Shown here in pieces: positions 57,980 through 64,000 of a DNA stretch of 64,000 nt (position 1 is its first letter; each line of letters opens with the position of its first letter). This DNA comes from Eledone cirrhosa (Eukaryota), in assembly GCA_964016885.1 (NCBI GenBank), contig OZ024759.1, positions 11,656,001 through 11,720,000 on the forward strand. The letters are read 5' to 3'. A program made the position numbers and the translations under genes. Below the pieces are notes generated by a model, which was not told the origin of the DNA, did not search any database, and saw only the letters and a list, made by a program, of their open reading frames with translations.

Positions 57980-59640
57980 TAATATGTGAATGACTAAGTT
58001 CATCAATATATTTTTTCCTGACATTTTAACACAACACACGATTCCTGAGCAGGATTCTGCAGCTTTGAGATATTTCTATTTTTATAATTGACATCTTCTT
58101 CTTTGTTTTAACTAACACTATATACACACATACATACATACATACACACATATATACATACATACATACATACACACATACATACACACATACATACATA
58201 TATACATACATACACACATACATATACACATACATACATACATACACACATACATACATACATACACACATACATACATACATACACACATACATACATA
58301 CATACATACATACATACATACATACACACATACATACACACATACATACATACATACATACATACATACACACATACATACATACATACATACACACATA
58401 CATACACACATACATACACACATACATACACACATACACACATACATACATATGTACCTACATATACACATACATACATACATACATACATACACACACA
58501 TACATACATACATACGTACATACGTACATACATACATACATACATATATACCTACACACATACGCACATAGATACATAGACACATACATATACACATAGA
58601 TACATATACACATACATACACACATAGATACATATACACATATATACCTACATACACACATACATACATACGCACATACATACATATGTACCTACATAAA
58701 CACATACATACACACATAGATACATATACACATATATACCTACATACACACATACATTCATACATATGTACCTACATATACACATACATACATACATACA
58801 CACATAGATACATATACATATAGATACATACATACCTACATACATACGCACATAGATACATACATATGTACCTACATATACACATACATACATACATAGA
58901 TACATATACACATATATACCTACATATATACCTACATACACACATACATACATACATATGTACCTACATAAACACATACATACACACATAGATACATATA
59001 CACATACATACATACACACATAGATACATACATATATACCTACATATACAGATACATACACACACACATACACACACATACATACATACATATATATCTA
59101 CATACACACATACATACACACATAGATACATACATATGTACCTACATATACACATACATACATACATACACACATACATACATATACACATAGATACATA
59201 TATACCTACATATACACATACATACGCACATAGATACATACATATATAGATAGATATACACATATATACATACATATATACCTACATATACACATACATA
59301 CACACATACATACATACACACATAGATAGATATACACATATATACATACATATATACCTACATACATACATACACACATACATATACACATATATACCTA
59401 CATTCACCCATAGATCCATACACCCATATATACATACATACATATACACATACACACATACACACATACCTACACATACATACATACACACATACCTACA
59501 CATACATGCATACATACATACACACATACATGTGACTAGATATGTATATACACATATATGTATATGTATGTATATATATATGTGTGTGTGTGTGTATAGA
59601 CATATGTATATAGATATGTGTGTGCATATATAGACATATA

Positions 59641-59685
<45 letters not shown>

Positions 59686-60007
59686 GTTATTCCGGGTTGA
59701 ATCGGAGGTAACCACAGTAAGTAAGGTACTCAATACATTGCAGAGTATAAAAGTTTTAATATAGATGAGATTCTACAGGACTAGAACTGTTTCATTCTTT
59801 AGAAATCATCAGGAATCCTGATGATTTCTGGGGAATGAAACAGTTCTAGTCCTGTAGAATCTCATCTATATATATATAAACTCCCATGATGGAGGTAATA
59901 TAGATTTATATGATGAGAATAATATAATCGTGACTTGAGCTAAGTAATAGATGTATTTTAGTTATTATACAGCAACATATATGTATATATATGTATATAT
60001 ATGTATG

Positions 60008-60040
<33 letters not shown>

Positions 60041-60117
60041 GTATGTATATATATATGTATGTATGTATATATATATGTATGTATGTATATATATATGTAT
60101 GTATGTATATATATATG

Positions 60118-60148
<31 letters not shown>

Positions 60149-60176
60149 ATATATATGTATGTATATATATATATAT

Positions 60177-60208
<32 letters not shown>

Positions 60209-60360
60209 GTATATGTATGTTTATATATATATATGTATATATATGTATATATATATGTATGTATATATATATATGTATATATATATGTATATATATGTAT
60301 ATGTATATGTATATATATACATATAAATATATGTATATATATGTATATATATATGTATAT

Positions 60361-60391
<31 letters not shown>

Positions 60392-60480
60392 CATATATAT
60401 ATACATACATATATATATATGTATATATATACATATATATACATATATATATACATATATATATACATATATATATATAT
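56755..60480. repeat. Long (TA)n/(TACA)n/(CA)n microsatellite field. Similar fields at 4325-4860, 20870-21450, 22035-23780, 25290-27000, 32785-33440, 38860-39430, 42028-43840 and 45943-47510
   Basis: Simple-sequence composition. Confidence 0.98.
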
Positions 60481-61480
60481 AATATGACTAATAGATGTAT
60501 TTTAGTTATTATCCAGTAGGAACTGAACTCTGACATATATAAAAATGTAACGGAAATAGATATCATTATGATTTGGTCTTTTAAAATTAGAATTATCATG
60601 TTAGAATCATAATTAAATTTGCCTTGGTTTTTTTTTTATTAACTTAATTTATAGACTCCATTGTAAATTGAGAAAAGCCTAATTTGTCAAACTCTTTAAG
60701 CATTGTTCCCTCGGCCCATTTTTCGATCAGCAAAAAACTGAACAACAATAATAACAATAAAATATCTAGGTCTCTCTATCTCATAAAATGACATATTTTG
60801 AAGGAATTTTTAGAAAAGTTTTCATATTTTCTCCTTATTTCTTTTCTGATTACTTTTCCATTTTTTTTTCAGTTTTTTGGTCATTTTCTAATATAATTTG
60901 GAATGTCTTTTAGTTTTTTTTCTTTTTTTTCATCTTTTTACAAATTTTTTTTTTACTATTTATGTTTTTATTTTTGCGTAGTTATTATTATTTTTTATTT
61001 TTTCATACAGTGATTTTTGTGTTTATGTGTTTATATATATATATATGTGTGTGTGTCTGTGTGTATATATATATATATATATATAACTGAAATTCCGTTT
61101 ACATTCTAACTTGTCTTACTGAAAGCTTTTCCATTGTTTCAATATATATTTTTTTTTTTTCTGAAACCTATCAACTTCTAAATTTCGATGTGAAATCAAT
61201 GTTGAAATAATTTTGTCAGTGACAGATTTTTGCTAAAGTTCACAATAATCTATAAATTTGCTTTGTATAAATGTATAGTCATAAGGGCACTGCATTGACA
61301 TACAGAGTTTCTTGGGCATTTTAAACCTGGTGGAGCCCATCTCCTCTCCAGATCTGAGTGCAGCAGATTTCTTCCAGTGAAAGAAAGTGAGAGAGAAGAC
61401 ATGAGAAAGAGATATAGAACAAGAATCAACCCAGTTCTGGACTGGTACTTTAGATATATATATATATATATATATATATA

Positions 61481-61914
61481 CGATATTAAATAAATGGAAA
61501 ATATATTTATAAAACCATATTTATTTCATTATATATATTTCAGGGATATCATATTAAAAATATGGTATGCCTTCTTCAGACAAAATACAATATAAACAGT
61601 CTTATAAATAGATAGATTTGACATACCTTACAACTTCAACTTCCATTTAAAAAGTTGATTTTAATGGAAGTTGAAGTTGTAAGGTATGTCAAATCTATCT
61701 ATTTATAAGACTGTTTATATTGTATTTTGTCTGAAGAAGGCATACCATATTTTTAATATGATATCCCTGAAATATATATAATGAAATAAATATGGTTTTA
61801 TAAATATAGTTTCCATTTATTTAATATCGTAAATATACTCCAAATACTTGTTGAGTGCTTTTATATCAGTTATAAATATTTACTCGTTGTAACCCAACAA
61901 TTTAAATAAAACTT

Positions 61915-61918
<4 letters not shown>
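61481..61918. mobile_element. Fold-back Penelope-like terminal repeat with two hammerhead motifs (- at ~61517-61593, + at ~61718-61793)
   Basis: Near-perfect inverted arms ~61481-61652 and 61659-61830, each with CTGAAGA...GAAAtatataTA. Flanked by (TA)n. Right arm plus tail is nearly identical to 29455-29716. Confidence 0.7.
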
Positions 61919-61949
<31 letters not shown>

Positions 61950-61952
<3 letters not shown>

Positions 61953-62383
61953 GAAGTTCTATTTAAATTGTTGGGATACAACAAACAAATATTTTTATAA
62001 CTGATATAAAGCACTCAACAAATAATTGGAGTAAAAATACGATATTAACAAATGGAAACTATATTTATAAAACCATATTTATTTCATTATACATATTTCA
62101 AGGACACCAAGTTAAATTATGGTGTGCTTTCATCAGATAAAATATAATATAGAGCAGTTTTATAAATAAATATTAACATACCCTTAAAGAATGCAACTAT
62201 TTCTGTTGGAAGCTCCCGGTAATGGTTGCATTCTTTAAGGGTATGTCAATATTTATTTATAAAACTGCTCTATATTATATTTTATCTGATGAAAGCACAC
62301 CATAATTTAACTTGGTGTCCTTGAAATATGTATAATGAAATAAATATGGTTTATAAATATAGTTTCCATTTGTTAATATCGTA
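61950..62383. mobile_element. Second fold-back family-A element with two hammerhead motifs (- core at 62130-36, + core at 62286-92)
   Basis: Inverted arms ~62038-62200 and 62222-62383. Stem II aagcacacca...tggtgtcctt. Confidence 0.7.
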
Positions 62384-62766
62384 TATATATATTGTTATAC
62401 TTGGGGAGGGTCATATTTGTGTAATATTGCCAGAATTAATAACAGAACACACTCACTGTTTGGTTGGTTTTCGCTTCTCGCTGTCTTTTATATCTGTAAT
62501 CTAGCTTACTCGGTCCTCAATGTTGCCATTGACTGACCGACGGTCACAAATATCACAGATACAATATAGACATAAACACATATATATAGTTTACATAATT
62601 TACATAAATCTTTCGTTGCACATCTGCAACATCGTCAGTGGTGTTATATTTTCCTCCTGTTGTGTTGTATGTCTACACCATATATATATATATATAAAAT
62701 ATATATATATATATATAAAATAAAGTTAAATAAAAGTCAAATGATTAAAATTTAGCTTCGTTTATT

Positions 62767-62821
62767 ACTGCTATATATATTTCAGTGACAGCTATCTTTG
62801 GCTGTGACCTCTTCAGGCAGT
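62767..62821 (-). ncRNA. Minimal type-I hammerhead ribozyme motif
   Basis: Minus strand: actgc CTGAAGA ggtcacagc-caaagata-gctgtcact GAAA tatata TA gcagt. Perfect 5-bp stem I, long stem II, palindromic TATATA stem III. Confidence 0.8.
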
Positions 62822-63635
62822 TTGAATTAGTATGGTATAGACAAGTACATATGTTGTTTAGGTGTATAATATTGTCAATACTCTGATATGCCCAGTTCCT
62901 TGTTGGGTTGTTATTTCACTGAGGAACTGGAGCCATATGAATTCAAACAAACGAATTTCAGTGTCAAAGGTCCCCTTCTCCTCTCATTGGTCAGTTATTA
63001 GAACATTCCTCATTCTAAGTGTTGTTATTGTTGGAGTTAACTTAAAAATTGATAAAATGGTAGAGGGGACAAGGTGTTAAAGGAACAAAATAACAAGAAA
63101 AGTGTCAAACTTCCCATTGGTCAGTTCCGAGATATATATATATATATATATACGTGTGTATAATGGTAGCTATGGTGCTTCCATAGGCGGTATGCCAAAA
63201 TTAGCACTCAATATTCATACAGAGCAGAGTGTGAAGAGTATAAAAAAAACGAAAAATCAGGGATGCATCTGGACTCAGTTCATTGCGTGTTACAATTGTT
63301 TCGCCGGCAGGTAGCTCGAGACATGGCCCCTGTATGGATCTGGCTGATTCTACGGCTGCAGGTTCCTTCGGACACGGGTAGTTCGTTCGGAGGTAATTTT
63401 CTCACTGGGGTGTTATCGTCAAAAAAACACCTTAAAAAAACATCTTCCACATATATATATATATATGGAGAGATAGAGTGAGAGAGAGGGGATGTGGAAG
63501 AGATATAGAGGAAGAATCAACCCCAGTACTAGACTGGTACTTTAGATATATATATATATATATATATAATTATTAATAATAATAAATTTCAAGACTAAAA
63601 TCCAAACTTTGCTTAAACTTTAATCTGTTATTTTA

Positions 63636-63713
<78 letters not shown>

Positions 63714-64000
63714 ATATGTATATATATATAACAAAGGAGGTGTGGTAAGGAACCAGTTGGACCAAAACGCACCAGAGTACTCAATACTTAGGGTAGTAGA
63801 GTGGGAAATAGGAAAAAGTATGACCCCGACGGCAGAGCTCAAGCCGTTCCGACGGCTATTTCTGGAGAGATAGAGTGAGAGAGAGGGGATGAGGAAGAGA
63901 TATAGAGGAAGAATCAACCCCACTATTAGACTGGTACTTTTTTTTATCGACCTTGAAGGGATGAAAGGCAAAGTTGACCTTGGTGGGATTTGAACTCAGA

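Noticed and set aside
60860-61020. Acceptor-like sites for the next unc-13 exon
   Set aside because: Downstream frames give stops or low-complexity sequence with no resemblance to the expected MAATKRNAG/C1-domain sequence. The next exon is probably beyond the window.

Overview
AT-rich, microsatellite-dense animal genomic DNA. The SINE/RTE/CR1 repertoire and the (TA)n load suggest an octopod cephalopod, but that is inference. Almost all ORFs in the supplied track are repeat artefacts. The window is largely intronic sequence of a + strand unc-13/Munc13 gene. Three phase-compatible coding exons are visible (4056-4284, 5932-5996, 51058-51148), covering the calmodulin-binding helix and the conserved 'IDSMP.I.PRRKSIP.VSDL' segment, with a ~45 kb intron that holds candidate alternative and micro-exons. 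The most striking unannotated signal is a set of at least 5 unrelated short element families lodged in (TA)n tracts, often as fold-back (inverted) pairs. They carry minimal type-I hammerhead ribozyme motifs (CUGANGA...GAAA, very short and often palindromic stem III, covarying stems I/II), as described for Penelope-like element terminal repeats. Also present: tRNA-derived SINEs (one sharing its tail with an RTE LINE in the window), RTE and CR1 LINE fragments, TTAA piggyBac-type MITEs, a Helitron end, an orphan tRNA-like cloverleaf, and many minisatellites, several born inside transposons.
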